From: Kiritimatiellia bacterium
Lineage (GTDB): Bacteria; Verrucomicrobiota; Kiritimatiellia; JAAZAB01
Direction of reading: 5' to 3'
Length of the DNA stretch: 64,000 nucleotides
NCBI GenBank assembly: GCA_040767085.1
Contig: JAXGPF010000010.1
Coordinates: 1 to 64,000, forward strand
Part shown: positions 29,739 through 39,918 of the stretch, piece after piece
Layout: the number at the start of each line of letters is the position of its first letter
Position numbering within the stretch: the first letter of the stretch is position 1
Position numbers and translations under genes: made by a program
The notes under the pieces: generated by a model
The model's input: the letters and a program-made list of their open reading frames with translations, nothing else
Told to the model about the DNA's origin: nothing
Databases searched by the model: none

Positions 29739-30548
29739 ATGCGTCTCTCGCAAAACCTGGGCTGGTGTTTGGGATGCGCCAGCCTCGCGGCGGCGGCATA
29801 CTGCGCCGCCGCCGATGCGCCGCAAGTCGGGATCGTGGCCAGTTGGCAATTCAACCAGAATGCGCGCAGCGCTCCATATCAACAGACCGTCTGGCAGAAC
29901 CTGCTGGGCCGGTACCGGATGTTTGAAACGGTTGTGGTGGACGATGCCGTTTTAAATAATCCGCCAGCCTTGCGGCAATACCGCTGCCTGGTCCTGCCGT
30001 CCTCCCGCCAGGCGCTGACCAGTTCCCAGTTGGATAACCTGGCAGCCTACGTCCGCGGCGGCGGCAAGCTGGTACGCGACCAGCATGCCGGGACGCTGCT
30101 GGGGGCCCTCGGTGAAAATCGCTGGGAGTTGGAGGCCGGCCCGGCAGCGCGCCCGGCGGCGGCGGATTTCTGGCGGACGGTTGGCGGTGTGGAGGATGCC
30201 GGCCGGCTGTTGGCGGCGGCCGTCCGGTTCCCGCCGGTGCAGGGCGTGCTATCCGAACTGCTGCCGCCGGAATTCACGCCGCTGGAAGCACTCTGCCATG
30301 CGGATTTTGCGGCCTTGCGCCAGACTGCATGTTATAACCTGGCCGGGGCGCAACTCGTCATGGAAGCGCGGCCGGACCCGGCGGAAGATGGGCAATCCGC
30401 ACCGCAAGCCGCGGCGGCCATTCATCAATACGGCGATGGGCAATGCCTTTGCCTGGGCATCAATGTACGCGGCCTGGCGGGGCTGCAGAGCCCCATGGCG
30501 ATGTACCGTGACTTCTTTGCCAACCTGGCGTTCTGGATGGCGGAATGA
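29739..30548 (+). CDS. Secreted hypothetical protein with a class I glutamine amidotransferase-like (beta-galactosidase trimerisation-type) domain
   Basis: Signal-like N-terminus; LRQYRCLVLPS...LAAYVRGGGKLV and HQYGDGQC motifs. Confidence 0.6.
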   Translation: MRLSQNLGWCLGCASLAAAAYCAAADAPQVGIVASWQFNQNARSAPYQQTVWQNLLGRYRMFETVVVDDAVLNNPPALRQYRCLVLPSSRQALTSSQLDNLAAYVRGGGKLVRDQHAGTLLGALGENRWELEAGPAARPAAADFWRTVGGVEDAGRLLAAAVRFPPVQGVLSELLPPEFTPLEALCHADFAALRQTACYNLAGAQLVMEARPDPAEDGQSAPQAAAAIHQYGDGQCLCLGINVRGLAGLQSPMAMYRDFFANLAFWMAE

Positions 30549-30629
30549 TTCCCGAGTGCACAAACAGCCAACGGCTGCATACGCTGCCGCCTCCGAATCC
30601 GGCGAGTCATAATCCGAGCGAGGAATACC

Positions 30630-31132
30630 ATGACTAATGCCAAGTTTTGCCAGCGGCGGATATTAATTTGTATAAGGGACCGGAGGTTCGCGTGCAGGCG
30701 GCGCTGGAGTCTTTGACAATCATGGTGCGGCGCGATCCGTCCTTGTATTACGGCTTATGCATCCTGAGCGCCGGGTGGCCGCCGCGCCGGGCTGCTACAA
30801 CGCCGATGGGATCAAGATCGACGGTATGACCGGCACGCCCGCCGGCCCCGGACTGCGCACCTGCGGCGGCGCCAGCGGGTTTGAACTCGCGCGTTGCCTG
30901 CTGGAATTATTTTGCCGCGAGACCCACGCGGTCAAGCCGGATTGCGCCATCGGACAATTCGCCGGGTTTCCTTATTTCGCCGATTTGTGCGACCTGGCTC
31001 GCACCGGCGACCTTGAAGGCCGAACATCTGCTGGAGCATCGCGATTTCTACCTGCCGCGCTTCCGCGCCATGACGGACGCCGATTACCGGGCCATTCGGG
31101 AATATTGGGCGGCATACCGGCGCCGGCTGTAG
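30630..31132 (+). pseudogene. Fragmented remnant of a TIM-barrel glycoside hydrolase (GH36/GH31-like)
   Basis: One frame gives GCYNADGIKIDG...HAVKPDCAI...PYFADLCDLARTGDL. A second frame gives a plausible C-terminus ..MTDADYRAIREYWAAYRRRL*. No intact ORF. Confidence 0.5.
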
Positions 31133-31133
31133 T

Positions 31134-32291
31134 TCAGGCCAGCAGCGCCAGGTTGTCGCGGTGGATCACTTCTTCGTAATGCGCCGCGCCGAGCAACTGG
31201 GCGACGGCATCGGAATGCCGGCCCATGATCCGACGCAGGTCATGGCTGGAATAGGATACCAGTCCACGGGCGATCAGCGTCTGGTCCGGGGCGCGCACAT
31301 CCACTGCCGCGCCGGCGGAAAATTCCCCGGCCACGGCCTTGACTCCGATCGGCAGCAGGCTGCGCCCCTGGCGCGCCACCGCCCGGCAGGCGCCATCGTC
31401 AATCGTCAACGCGCCCTGCGGTTTGTGGAAGAAGGCAATCCAGCGCTTGCGATGGTTCAGGTTATCGCAGGTCCGGCCGCCGGCGGGCAGGATCAGTGTG
31501 CCGGTATCGCGTCCTGCCAGGATTTCCTCCAGGATGCCGGCCTTGCGGCCGTCGGCGATGACCACCATGGCGCCCGTGCGCGCCACGGCGCGGGCGGACT
31601 CGAGCTTGCTGACCATGCCGCCGCTGGACAATTCCCCGCCTTTGCCGCGGGCCAGCGCGGTGATTTCGCGGGTGATGCCCGGCACCACGGGAATGCGCCG
31701 GGAGCGGCCGGATGGGAAAAACTCGCGCAAACCGTCGGTGGCGGTCAGGAGGATCAGCAGGTCGGCGCCGACCAGGTGCACCACCAGGGAAGCCAGCAGG
31801 TCGTTGTCGCCGAAGCGGATTTCATCCACGGCCACCACGTCGTTTTCGTTCACCACCGGGATCACGCCCGCGCGCAGCATGGTCAGCATGGTGTTGCGCG
31901 CATTGAGGTGGCGCACTCGCTGTTTTAAGTCGTCGTGCGTCAGCAGCACTTGTCCGATCAGGCAGTTTTCCATGCCGAACAGGCGTCCATAACGGGTCAT
32001 GAGGCGGCTTTGTCCGATGGCGGCGGCCATTTGCAGGTCCGGCAGATGGCCGGGCCGCCGGGTCAATCCCAGCGCCGACATGCCCGCGCCGATGGCGCCC
32101 GAGGTTACGAAAATCAGTTCCTTGCCGCTGTGTTTCAGTTGGGCCATGGAATGGACCAGTCCGCGGATGCGGCGCGCGTTCGGCCGGCCCGTATCCTGCA
32201 TCAGGACGCGGCTGCCGATTTTGACCACAATCCGCCGGGCGCGGCCAAGGGCCAGGCGTTCGGCGGGCATTTGTTCCAGATTTGCTTGCAT
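31134..32291 (-). CDS. proB: Glutamate 5-kinase
   Basis: IVVKIGS, VTSGAI, AAAIGQ, VVNENDVV, FGDND and GGMVSKL motifs; C-terminal PUA domain. Confidence 0.97.
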   Translation of the reverse strand: MQANLEQMPAERLALGRARRIVVKIGSRVLMQDTGRPNARRIRGLVHSMAQLKHSGKELIFVTSGAIGAGMSALGLTRRPGHLPDLQMAAAIGQSRLMTRYGRLFGMENCLIGQVLLTHDDLKQRVRHLNARNTMLTMLRAGVIPVVNENDVVAVDEIRFGDNDLLASLVVHLVGADLLILLTATDGLREFFPSGRSRRIPVVPGITREITALARGKGGELSSGGMVSKLESARAVARTGAMVVIADGRKAGILEEILAGRDTGTLILPAGGRTCDNLNHRKRWIAFFHKPQGALTIDDGACRAVARQGRSLLPIGVKAVAGEFSAGAAVDVRAPDQTLIARGLVSYSSHDLRRIMGRHSDAVAQLLGAAHYEEVIHRDNLALLA

Positions 32292-32324
32292 GGGCGAAAA
32301 ATATATGCGCTTAGCCAGGCCGCG

Positions 32325-33602
32325 TCAAGCGGGGAGAATTTCGCAATCCAGCAATACGCCGCCATCCGCGCCGCGCGGCCTGCATTTAACAATGCGGTTG
32401 GGCGGAATTTTGCCCGCCGGGCCGGGGGGGATGCGCGCGGAAAGGTATTCGCCGGTCCAGCCGGCGGCGTCCGGACTGTCCGGCGGCGTCTGTTCCACCA
32501 GCACTTCCACCGTCCGGCCCACCCATGACCGGGCGAAGGCCGCACGCTGGGCGGCCCCTAGTTCGCGCAGGCGGGCGGCGCGTTCCCGGGCAACGGACGC
32601 GGGAACCTGGCCCGGCATGGCGGCGGCGGGCGTGCCGGGGCGCGGACTGAAAACGAACACGTGCAGATTGCTGAACGGCAAAGCGCTTGCCAGGCGCAGG
32701 GTATCCTCGAAATCGGCGTCGGTTTCACCGGGAAATCCCACGAGCACATCCGCGCCCAGACCGCAGACGCCGAGCTTGTTCAGCGCGTAGGCGGCCGTTT
32801 CCATGTAGCGGCGGCGGTCGTAACGGCGGCGCATGGCGCGCAGCACGGCATCCGAACCGCTTTGGAACGGCAGGTGCAGGAAGCGGCAGATCGCCGGATT
32901 GTCCGCCATGCAGTCAATCGCATCGCGTTCCGCCGTGGACAATTCAATCGAACTCAACCGCACGCGCCGTATGCCGGACCGGCGCGCGATGTCCTCCAGC
33001 AGGTGCCGCAGACGCCGGCCCTGCCAGGCGTAACAGCCGAGATTGGCGCCGGTCAATACGATTTCCTGGTAGCCGCCGTCCTCCAGGCGCCGGATCTCTT
33101 CCATGATCTCGGGCAATGGCCGGCTGCACGGGGCGCCCCGTGTAAAAGGCACAATGCAATAGGCGCAATGAAAATCGCAGCCATCCTGCACGCGCACCAG
33201 CGCGCGTGTGCCCGGCGTCAGCCTTGTAGCGGTCGAACTGTGTTCGGCATCCGCGCCCGCCGTCAGCCCCAACGCCTGCCACAGCCGGCCGGCGTCCAGT
33301 TTGTCGGCCTGTCGCACCAGCCGCGCGGCGCCGGCCGGCCGCCGCTGGCGGACGGCCAATTCGACCGGGCAGCCGGCCACCGCCACCTGGCGAGCCCGGC
33401 CGGACGCCTGCGCGGCGCGCGCCAGGCGCCAGGTGTTTTTTTCTGCCCGGGCGGTGACAACGCAGCCGTGGACGACGCAGATATCGCACGGCTCGCCGAA
33501 TTCCACGATGCGGCCGCCGGCGGCGGCCACCAGGGCGCGCATGGCGGCGGTTTCCGCCTGGTTCAGACGGCACCCGATGGTTTTGAAGGAAAAAGTTGTC
33601 AT
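32325..33602 (-). CDS. mtaB: tRNA t6A37 methylthiotransferase (radical SAM, MiaB/MtaB family)
   Basis: KTIGCRLNQAE, VQDGCDFHCAYCIVP, HLPFQSGSD and VGFPGET motifs. Confidence 0.9.
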   Translation of the reverse strand: MTTFSFKTIGCRLNQAETAAMRALVAAAGGRIVEFGEPCDICVVHGCVVTARAEKNTWRLARAAQASGRARQVAVAGCPVELAVRQRRPAGAARLVRQADKLDAGRLWQALGLTAGADAEHSSTATRLTPGTRALVRVQDGCDFHCAYCIVPFTRGAPCSRPLPEIMEEIRRLEDGGYQEIVLTGANLGCYAWQGRRLRHLLEDIARRSGIRRVRLSSIELSTAERDAIDCMADNPAICRFLHLPFQSGSDAVLRAMRRRYDRRRYMETAAYALNKLGVCGLGADVLVGFPGETDADFEDTLRLASALPFSNLHVFVFSPRPGTPAAAMPGQVPASVARERAARLRELGAAQRAAFARSWVGRTVEVLVEQTPPDSPDAAGWTGEYLSARIPPGPAGKIPPNRIVKCRPRGADGGVLLDCEILPA

Positions 33603-33675
33603 GCTTTCCGTCAGATGATATATTTAGAGCCTTGGTAAGGCAAGGGAATCCGAACGCCGGAGCGGAGCCGTGAAA

Positions 33676-34086
33676 ATGCGTAAAAAAATTTACTTGTGCG
33701 GCCCGATCATGGACGAACACAGCGGCGCGGCGCGCCGTTGGCGGCAGGCTGCCGCACGCCTGTTGGGCCGGCATTACCTGCTGTTGGATCCCCTGCGCCG
33801 GAATTTCACCGACCGCGCGGTGGACAGCGCCAACGAGGTGGTGGAGTTCGACCTCCAGGATATCCGGGATGCCGACATCATCCTGGTGAATTACAACAAA
33901 CCATCCATCGGCACCGCGATGGAAGTCTTTTACGCCGCGCACGATCTCGGCAAGTTCGTCGTGGCTTTCTCGCCGTTCAAGTTCAAGGATTGCAGCCCCT
34001 GGATGGTGCGCTATTGCACGAAAATCCTGCCGTCGTTGGAGGCGGCCGCCAAATACATCCGGTCGCATTTTAAATCGGAGCGTTGA
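33676..34086 (+). CDS. Nucleoside 2-deoxyribosyltransferase-like protein
   Basis: KIYLCGPI and DLQDIRDADIILVN..SIGTAMEVFYA motifs. Confidence 0.8.
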   Translation: MRKKIYLCGPIMDEHSGAARRWRQAAARLLGRHYLLLDPLRRNFTDRAVDSANEVVEFDLQDIRDADIILVNYNKPSIGTAMEVFYAAHDLGKFVVAFSPFKFKDCSPWMVRYCTKILPSLEAAAKYIRSHFKSER

Positions 34087-34091
34087 CAGTC

Positions 34092-35999
34092 ATGAAACTA
34101 TATAAAATCATGTTGCTCGTATGCGCCGCCGCGGCCTCCGCTGCCCCTTGGACGCGGGGCGGGCTGGTGGTGGAGCCGGCGAGTTTTTCGCGGGCGGTGA
34201 TGGCGGGGATAAATTTGGAAGAGGACGAGCTGCGGCTGACGAACGCGAGCGTGAGCGGGACGGTGTATTACGGGGCCGCGGTGACGGCGGGCGTGGGCTG
34301 GCTGGGTCTGGGGGCGCCGGCGCAGTGGTCGTTGGCGCCGGGCGGGGAGGGGACGCTGGCGGTGACGTACAGCACGGCGGGGCTGGCGACGGGGCAATAC
34401 AGCGGCAAAATACTTTTGACGAACGCGGTGGTGGAAGGCTTGGAGACGAATGAAGGCGCGCCGCGGGAGGTGCCGGTGCTGTTGCAGGTGAATCCGCGGC
34501 CGGAGTTGCAGGTGAGCGCGACGGTGATCAGCAACATGGCGAGCGAGGGAGAGGATGCGGAGCCGCGGATCTTCCAGGTATGGAACGGGAGCGGGTATTA
34601 CACATTGAACTACAGCATTGCCGACGATGCGCCGTGGGTGATTCCGAGCGTGAGCGCCGGGAGTTGCACGACGGAGCACGATGTGATCGGCCTGGATTAC
34701 AGCACGGCGGGCCTGGCGGCGGGGAGTTACACGGGGCGTGTGACGGTGACGGCGGCGGAGCCGGTGGGGGGGGTGAAGTCGCGGGTGATCGTGCTGCGGC
34801 TGGAGGTCACGGGTCTGGCGGGATTGGGTTGCGACGGGTCGGCGCAGGCGTACGATCTGCGGCTGGGCGAAGGCGCGGCGGAAGGTAGTTTCAAGGTATG
34901 GAATACGGGGATGAGCGCTGGGACGTCGCTGCGGTGGAGCGCGGCGTTGGCCTCGGGGGCCGCGCCGTGGTTGAGTCTGAGTCCGAGCGCGGGGGAAGCG
35001 GGGGCGGGTGGGGCGAAGCAGACGGTGCGGGTGCGGTGCGATCCGGCGGGGATGGAGCCTGGGAGTTACAGTGCGCTGGTGCGGGTTTCCGGGGTGGACA
35101 CGCTGACGGGGCAGGCGGCGCGTGGTTCGCCGCATGACATTTACGTGAGCCTGCTGGTGCGGGCGGGGGACCGGCTGCATTTTGGCGGGGATTACGGTTC
35201 GTCGCTGATCGTGTACGGCGCAGAAACGGGCTACTGGGGGTTGGGCGATTTGAGCGGGGAACAGTATTGGACGTGGTTTGGCGGGTACGGGTACGCGCCG
35301 GCGCCCGGTGATTACGATGGTGACGGGGTGGCGGAACTGGGGGTGTACCGGGCATCCAGCGGGGGATGGTATTGGCGGAAAGCGGGGAGCGAGAACATAT
35401 ACCTGCTGGGGAACTGGGGCGGGCCCGGGTGCCAGCCGGTGCAGGGCGACTTTGACGGGGATGGGCGGCAGGATTTCGTATTGTACCACGAGGGGCAGGG
35501 GCAGTGGTATGCGCTGTTGTCGGCGTACGGGTACCAGGGGGTGCAGGTGTCCTTCGGCGGGCCGGGATACGCGGCGGTGCATGGCGACTTTGACGGGGAC
35601 GGGCTGGCGGACCCGGCATTGTACCATGCAGGGCAGGGCGTCTGGCAAGGGCTGGTGTCGAGCCTGGGCTACAAGTATGTGCAGGGGGCGTTCGGCGGGC
35701 CGGGGTACCAGGGGCTGGCGGGCGACTTTGACGGCGACGGCCGGACGGACTTGTGCTTGTACCACGTGAGCGGCCGGTGGTATATCCTGTCGGTGGACGG
35801 CCGGGTGCTGTTGAATGGCGACTGGTGGGGCGGACCGGGCTGGACGCCGGCGGTGGCGGACTACGACGGCGACGGCGCGGATGACCTGGCGGTGTACGAT
35901 GAGGCGGGCGGCCGCTGGCGCATCCGCCGGCGCAACGGGACAACTCTCGCCTGGGACATGCCCCTTGGCGGCTACGGCTACCAGGCCGTCGGTAAATAG
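34092..35999 (+). CDS. Exported protein with three BACON/Ig-like repeats and a C-terminal FG-GAP/VCBS repeat domain
   Basis: Signal peptide; repeated W(L/V)..S....(Y)STAGL..G.Y.G modules; five GD(Y/F)DGDG..D-type repeats. Start 34083 or 34092. Confidence 0.85.
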   Translation: MKLYKIMLLVCAAAASAAPWTRGGLVVEPASFSRAVMAGINLEEDELRLTNASVSGTVYYGAAVTAGVGWLGLGAPAQWSLAPGGEGTLAVTYSTAGLATGQYSGKILLTNAVVEGLETNEGAPREVPVLLQVNPRPELQVSATVISNMASEGEDAEPRIFQVWNGSGYYTLNYSIADDAPWVIPSVSAGSCTTEHDVIGLDYSTAGLAAGSYTGRVTVTAAEPVGGVKSRVIVLRLEVTGLAGLGCDGSAQAYDLRLGEGAAEGSFKVWNTGMSAGTSLRWSAALASGAAPWLSLSPSAGEAGAGGAKQTVRVRCDPAGMEPGSYSALVRVSGVDTLTGQAARGSPHDIYVSLLVRAGDRLHFGGDYGSSLIVYGAETGYWGLGDLSGEQYWTWFGGYGYAPAPGDYDGDGVAELGVYRASSGGWYWRKAGSENIYLLGNWGGPGCQPVQGDFDGDGRQDFVLYHEGQGQWYALLSAYGYQGVQVSFGGPGYAAVHGDFDGDGLADPALYHAGQGVWQGLVSSLGYKYVQGAFGGPGYQGLAGDFDGDGRTDLCLYHVSGRWYILSVDGRVLLNGDWWGGPGWTPAVADYDGDGADDLAVYDEAGGRWRIRRRNGTTLAWDMPLGGYGYQAVGK

Positions 36000-36001
36000 T
36001 C

Positions 36002-37696
36002 ATGATTAATTCCAGCATAACCGGAGTTTTGAAGCGCACCGGTTTGTTGACCGACGAACAGATTCTCGCCATCCTGGACGCCAAGGCCGAGACGCCGTCT
36101 TCCATCATCCGCCGGGTCATAGAGCAAGGCCTGGCGCCCGAGGAGCCTTTCCTGCAGGCGCTGGCCAGAACTTTGAACCTGGCATACGTGCGCTTGAACG
36201 ATTTGACGGTGGATAAGGAAATCCTGGGGCTGCTGCCCGCCAAGGTGGTCTTCCAGCACAATGCCATCCCGCTGTCCCTGGAAAAAAACGTCCTGCTGGT
36301 GGCGGTGAACGATCCGTTCAATTCCTCCCTGCCGGATGTCCTGCGTCTGGTTTCCGGCAAGCGGGTGCGCCTGGCGCTTTGCCCGGCGGCCGACATTGCC
36401 CGGGCTATTAACCGCTTTTACGGGGTCGGCGCGGACACGATGGAGCGCTTGATCCAGGACAACCGGATCGAAGTCGCTCCGGAAGAAACCCTGGGCAAAG
36501 TTGATTTGAACGACCTGGACCAGGAAGCGTCCATCGTCAAATTCGTCAACCAGATCATCTGGGAAGCCTACAAGGACCGGGCGACGGACATTCATTTCGA
36601 GCCGATGGAGGACGAGTTGCGCATCCGGTACCGGGTGGACGGCGTCCTGCACCAGACTTCCATGCCGCCGCAGTTGAAGCGGTTCCAGGCGGCGATCGTT
36701 TCGCGCATCAAGGTGATGGCGAACGTGGATATCGCCGAAAAACGCCTGCCGCAGGATGGCCGCATCAGCCTCACCGTCCATGGCGAGGAGTTGGACATCC
36801 GCGTGTCCACCATGCCGACGGTTTACGGCGAGAGCATCAGCCTGCGCCTCCTGACCCGCGGGGGCGGCCTGGTGGGACTGGACCGGATCGGCATGAGCGG
36901 GCGCGATGAAGAAATGATGCGGCGGCTGATCCGCAAGCCCCACGGCATTCTGTTGGTCACCGGCCCCACCGGCTCCGGCAAGTCCACCACCTTGTATTCC
37001 TGCCTGCACCATATCAATACCATTGATAAGCGCATCATCACGATCGAGGATCCGATCGAATATGAAATCGCCGGGGTAAACCAGATCAATGTACGCCCGG
37101 AAATCGGCCTGTCGTTCGCCATGGGCTTGCGGCACATCCTGCGCCAGGATCCTGACGTGATCATGGTGGGTGAAATCCGCGATTTCGAAACGGCGGAAAT
37201 CGCCATCCGCGCCTCGCTGACCGGCCACCTGGTTTTGAGCACGCTGCACACCAACGATTCCGCCGGGGCGGTGACCCGCCTGGTGGACATGGGCGTCGAG
37301 CCCTTCCTGGTGGCTTCTTCCGTGGAGGCCATCATGGCGCAACGCCTGGTGCGCGTCCTGTGCAATGCCTGCAAGCGCCCGTGGCAAATTGACCATGAAT
37401 TTCTCCGCGGCGTGAACTTCCCGGTGGAGCGCCTGGCAGACCGGGCCATTTATGAGCCGGCCGGCTGCGAAAAGTGCCGGCATTCCGGCTTCCTGGGGCG
37501 CCAGGGTATTTTCGAAGGCTTGATGATCACCGAGGCCATCCGGCCGATGATTATTGCGCGGGATTCCGCCAACGCGATCAAGCAGGCCGGCCTCCGGCAG
37601 GGCATGCGCACGCTGCGGGACGATGGTTGGGAAAAAGTGCTCAACGGCGTCACCACGATCGAAGAAGTGCTCCGCGTGGCGGAAGACGACGAATAA
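36002..37696 (+). CDS. GspE/PilB family secretion/pilus assembly ATPase
   Basis: ATDIHFEP, EKRLPQDGR, GPTGSGKSTT, LRQDPDVIMVGEIRD and TGHLVLSTLHTN motifs; two CxxC pairs. Confidence 0.95.
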   Translation: MINSSITGVLKRTGLLTDEQILAILDAKAETPSSIIRRVIEQGLAPEEPFLQALARTLNLAYVRLNDLTVDKEILGLLPAKVVFQHNAIPLSLEKNVLLVAVNDPFNSSLPDVLRLVSGKRVRLALCPAADIARAINRFYGVGADTMERLIQDNRIEVAPEETLGKVDLNDLDQEASIVKFVNQIIWEAYKDRATDIHFEPMEDELRIRYRVDGVLHQTSMPPQLKRFQAAIVSRIKVMANVDIAEKRLPQDGRISLTVHGEELDIRVSTMPTVYGESISLRLLTRGGGLVGLDRIGMSGRDEEMMRRLIRKPHGILLVTGPTGSGKSTTLYSCLHHINTIDKRIITIEDPIEYEIAGVNQINVRPEIGLSFAMGLRHILRQDPDVIMVGEIRDFETAEIAIRASLTGHLVLSTLHTNDSAGAVTRLVDMGVEPFLVASSVEAIMAQRLVRVLCNACKRPWQIDHEFLRGVNFPVERLADRAIYEPAGCEKCRHSGFLGRQGIFEGLMITEAIRPMIIARDSANAIKQAGLRQGMRTLRDDGWEKVLNGVTTIEEVLRVAEDDE

Positions 37697-37704
37697 CCCG
37701 CCGT

Positions 37705-38142
37705 TCAGGGCGCCCGGTAACGGCTTTCCAGCGGGAAGGCGTTTTCGATATGCCGGATGATCGGCGGCGGCCCGCCGGGCGCGCCGACCACTTCCACCAC
37801 ATCGAACCGGAAATACTGCGGCGCCAATTTCAGGCGGCGCATATAGCGGACGGCGGCGCGGCTGAGATAATGGCGCTTGCGGCGGGTAACTGCCGCCGCC
37901 GGGCGGCCGAATGTTTCGTTCCGCCTGGTTTTGACTTCCACGAACACCAGCACGCTGCCGCGCCGGGCCACCAGATCGATTTCATCGCGCCGGCCGACGC
38001 GCACGCGCCGGCCGATAATGGCATAGCCCCGGCGCCGCAGTTCCGCCGCCGCCAGCGTTTCACCCCAGAAACCCGAAGCAGGATTGCCGGAGCGCGCGGC
38101 GGGCAGCAGACCATCCAGGACGGCGCGTAGTTTCCGCCACAT
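37705..38142 (-). CDS. yraN: YraN family (UPF0102) PD-(D/E)XK nuclease-like protein
   Basis: [26 protein letters not shown] and HIENAF motifs; GGAGG RBS before the ATG at 38142. Confidence 0.92.
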   Translation of the reverse strand: MWRKLRAVLDGLLPAARSGNPASGFWGETLAAAELRRRGYAIIGRRVRVGRRDEIDLVARRGSVLVFVEVKTRRNETFGRPAAAVTRRKRHYLSRAAVRYMRRLKLAPQYFRFDVVEVVGAPGGPPPIIRHIENAFPLESRYRAP

Positions 38143-38806
38143 GGCCTGGTCCTCCCGATAGTTGCATGGAGTTGCGGATGACTTCGATTTCGCGCACCGG
38201 CCGGAAGGAACGGCGATGGAGTTGGGTCGGGCCTTCGCGCAAAAGGGCCTGGATATGGGCTTGGGTGCCATAGCCCTTGTGCCGGGCAAAACCGTAGGCG
38301 GGAAACTTTTTGCCCAGTTCCGTCATCAAGGCGTCGCGTGCAACCTTGGCGATGACGCTGGCGGCGGCAATCGAGAGGCTGCGCCCGTCGCCGTGGACAA
38401 TCGCGGTGTAGGGGCAGGGGAGATCATCCACCGGCAGTCCGTCCACCAGCGCGTACTCCGGCAGCGCCGGCAATTGGAGCAGGGCCCGGCGCATGGCCAG
38501 ATGCGTGGCCTGGCGGATATTGTGGCGGTCAATTTCCGCGGCGTCCGCCAGGCCCACGCCGATTTCCACGCCGGGGGAGGCATGGAGGAGGTCGGAAAAA
38601 TGCTGCCGCTGGCGGGCCGTCAATTGCTTGGAGTCGGTCAGACTTGCCAGGCTTTCCGCCGCTTCCGCCTCCAGCCAGGGGCGGGGGCAAACTACCGCGG
38701 CGGCCACTACCGGGCCGGCCAGGGGGCCGCGTCCGGCTTCGTCCACGCCGGCCAGGCGGCGGTAACCGCGTTCCCACCATTGGCGTTCAAAAGTCAGCAA
38801 GTTCAA
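38060..38806 (-). CDS. rnhB: Ribonuclease HII
   Basis: [31 protein letters not shown] and HKGYGT motifs. Confidence 0.97.
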   Translation of the reverse strand: MNLLTFERQWWERGYRRLAGVDEAGRGPLAGPVVAAAVVCPRPWLEAEAAESLASLTDSKQLTARQRQHFSDLLHASPGVEIGVGLADAAEIDRHNIRQATHLAMRRALLQLPALPEYALVDGLPVDDLPCPYTAIVHGDGRSLSIAAASVIAKVARDALMTELGKKFPAYGFARHKGYGTQAHIQALLREGPTQLHRRSFRPVREIEVIRNSMQLSGGPGHVAETTRRPGWSAARRALRQSCFGFLG

Positions 38807-39156
38807 CTCTGCATGGTTTTTAACCGGGCGTGTTTGCCGGTGCGCTCGCGCAGGTAATACAATTTGGCCCGGCGCACCGCGCCGCGGCTTTCCACTTCCA
38901 CCCGCGCGACGTTGGGGGAATGCAGCGGAAATATCCGTTCTACGCCTTCGCCGAATGAAATGCGGCGGACCGTGAAGGTTTCCGTGGCGCCGGCGCCCTT
39001 GCGGGCAATGACGTTGCCGGCATAAACCTGCAGGCGTTCCTTGCCGCCTTCCTTGATACGCACGTAGACCTTGACGGAATCGCCTACTTTAAAATCCGGG
39101 ATGTCCTTCGTCTGGCGCTGTTCCTGATCGATTTTTTTCAGAATTTCCATGCCCAT
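38803..39156 (-). CDS. rplS: 50S ribosomal protein L19
   Basis: [34 protein letters not shown] and [10 protein letters not shown] motifs. Start 39156 or 39150. Confidence 0.97.
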   Translation of the reverse strand: MGMEILKKIDQEQRQTKDIPDFKVGDSVKVYVRIKEGGKERLQVYAGNVIARKGAGATETFTVRRISFGEGVERIFPLHSPNVARVEVESRGAVRRAKLYYLRERTGKHARLKTMQS

Positions 39157-39188
39157 GTCGTCTGCTCCTTCCAAAAAAGTTTCCGCAT

Positions 39189-39908
39189 TCAGTTTTCCGA
39201 TTCGCCGGCGTCCGGCGCCTGCGCCAGCATGTCCGGCCGGCGCGCAAGCGTACGGCGGCGCGATTCTTCCGCCCGCCATCGGGCGATGGCCCGGTGGTCG
39301 CCGGACCGCAACACATCCGGCACGCGCAGGTTGCAAAATACTTCCGGACGCGTGAATTGGGGGTATTCCAGGCGGTTGCCGCAGAACGATTCCTCCACGG
39401 TCCCGTCCGGCGCGCCCAGCACGCCCGGCAGCAGGCGCACCACCGCGTCAATCACCACGGCCGCCGCCAGGGTGCCGTTGGTCAACACGTAGTCGCCGAT
39501 CGAAATCTCGTCGGTCGCCAGTGTCTGGGCCACCCGGTCGTCAATCCCCTCGTAATGGCCGCACAGAAAAATCAGGTGCCGCGCGCCGGCCAGTTCGCGC
39601 GCCATGGCCTGGTTGAAGGTTTTGCCTTGCGGCGAAGGCATCACCACCCGGGCCGCCGGTGTGCGCAGGGCCGAAACGGCCTTGAAAAACGGCTCCGGCT
39701 TCATGATCATGCCCGGCCCGCCGCCGTAAGGGCGGTCATCCACCGTGCGATGCCGGTCGCTGGTGAAGTCGCGCAGGTTGACCAGGTTGAAATGCACCGC
39801 CTGCATCTGGGCGGCGCGCTTCAGCATGCTGGCGCCGATAAAGCCCTCCAGCATTTCCGGGAAAATCGTGATGATGTCAATCTGCAGCGGTGTGGGCATG
39901 CTGTGCAT
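39189..39908 (-). CDS. trmD: tRNA (guanine37-N1)-methyltransferase
   Basis: [28 protein letters not shown] and LEYPQFTRP motifs. Confidence 0.97.
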   Translation of the reverse strand: MHSMPTPLQIDIITIFPEMLEGFIGASMLKRAAQMQAVHFNLVNLRDFTSDRHRTVDDRPYGGGPGMIMKPEPFFKAVSALRTPAARVVMPSPQGKTFNQAMARELAGARHLIFLCGHYEGIDDRVAQTLATDEISIGDYVLTNGTLAAAVVIDAVVRLLPGVLGAPDGTVEESFCGNRLEYPQFTRPEVFCNLRVPDVLRSGDHRAIARWRAEESRRRTLARRPDMLAQAPDAGESEN

Positions 39909-39918
39909 AAGGGGCGGC

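Noticed and set aside
34092-35999. Diversity-generating retroelement target
   Set aside because: No reverse transcriptase, and no template/variable repeat pair differing at adenines, is visible in the window.
34098-36396. Long minus-strand ORFs opposite the FG-GAP gene
   Set aside because: Pro/Arg-rich shadows caused by the G-skewed codon usage.
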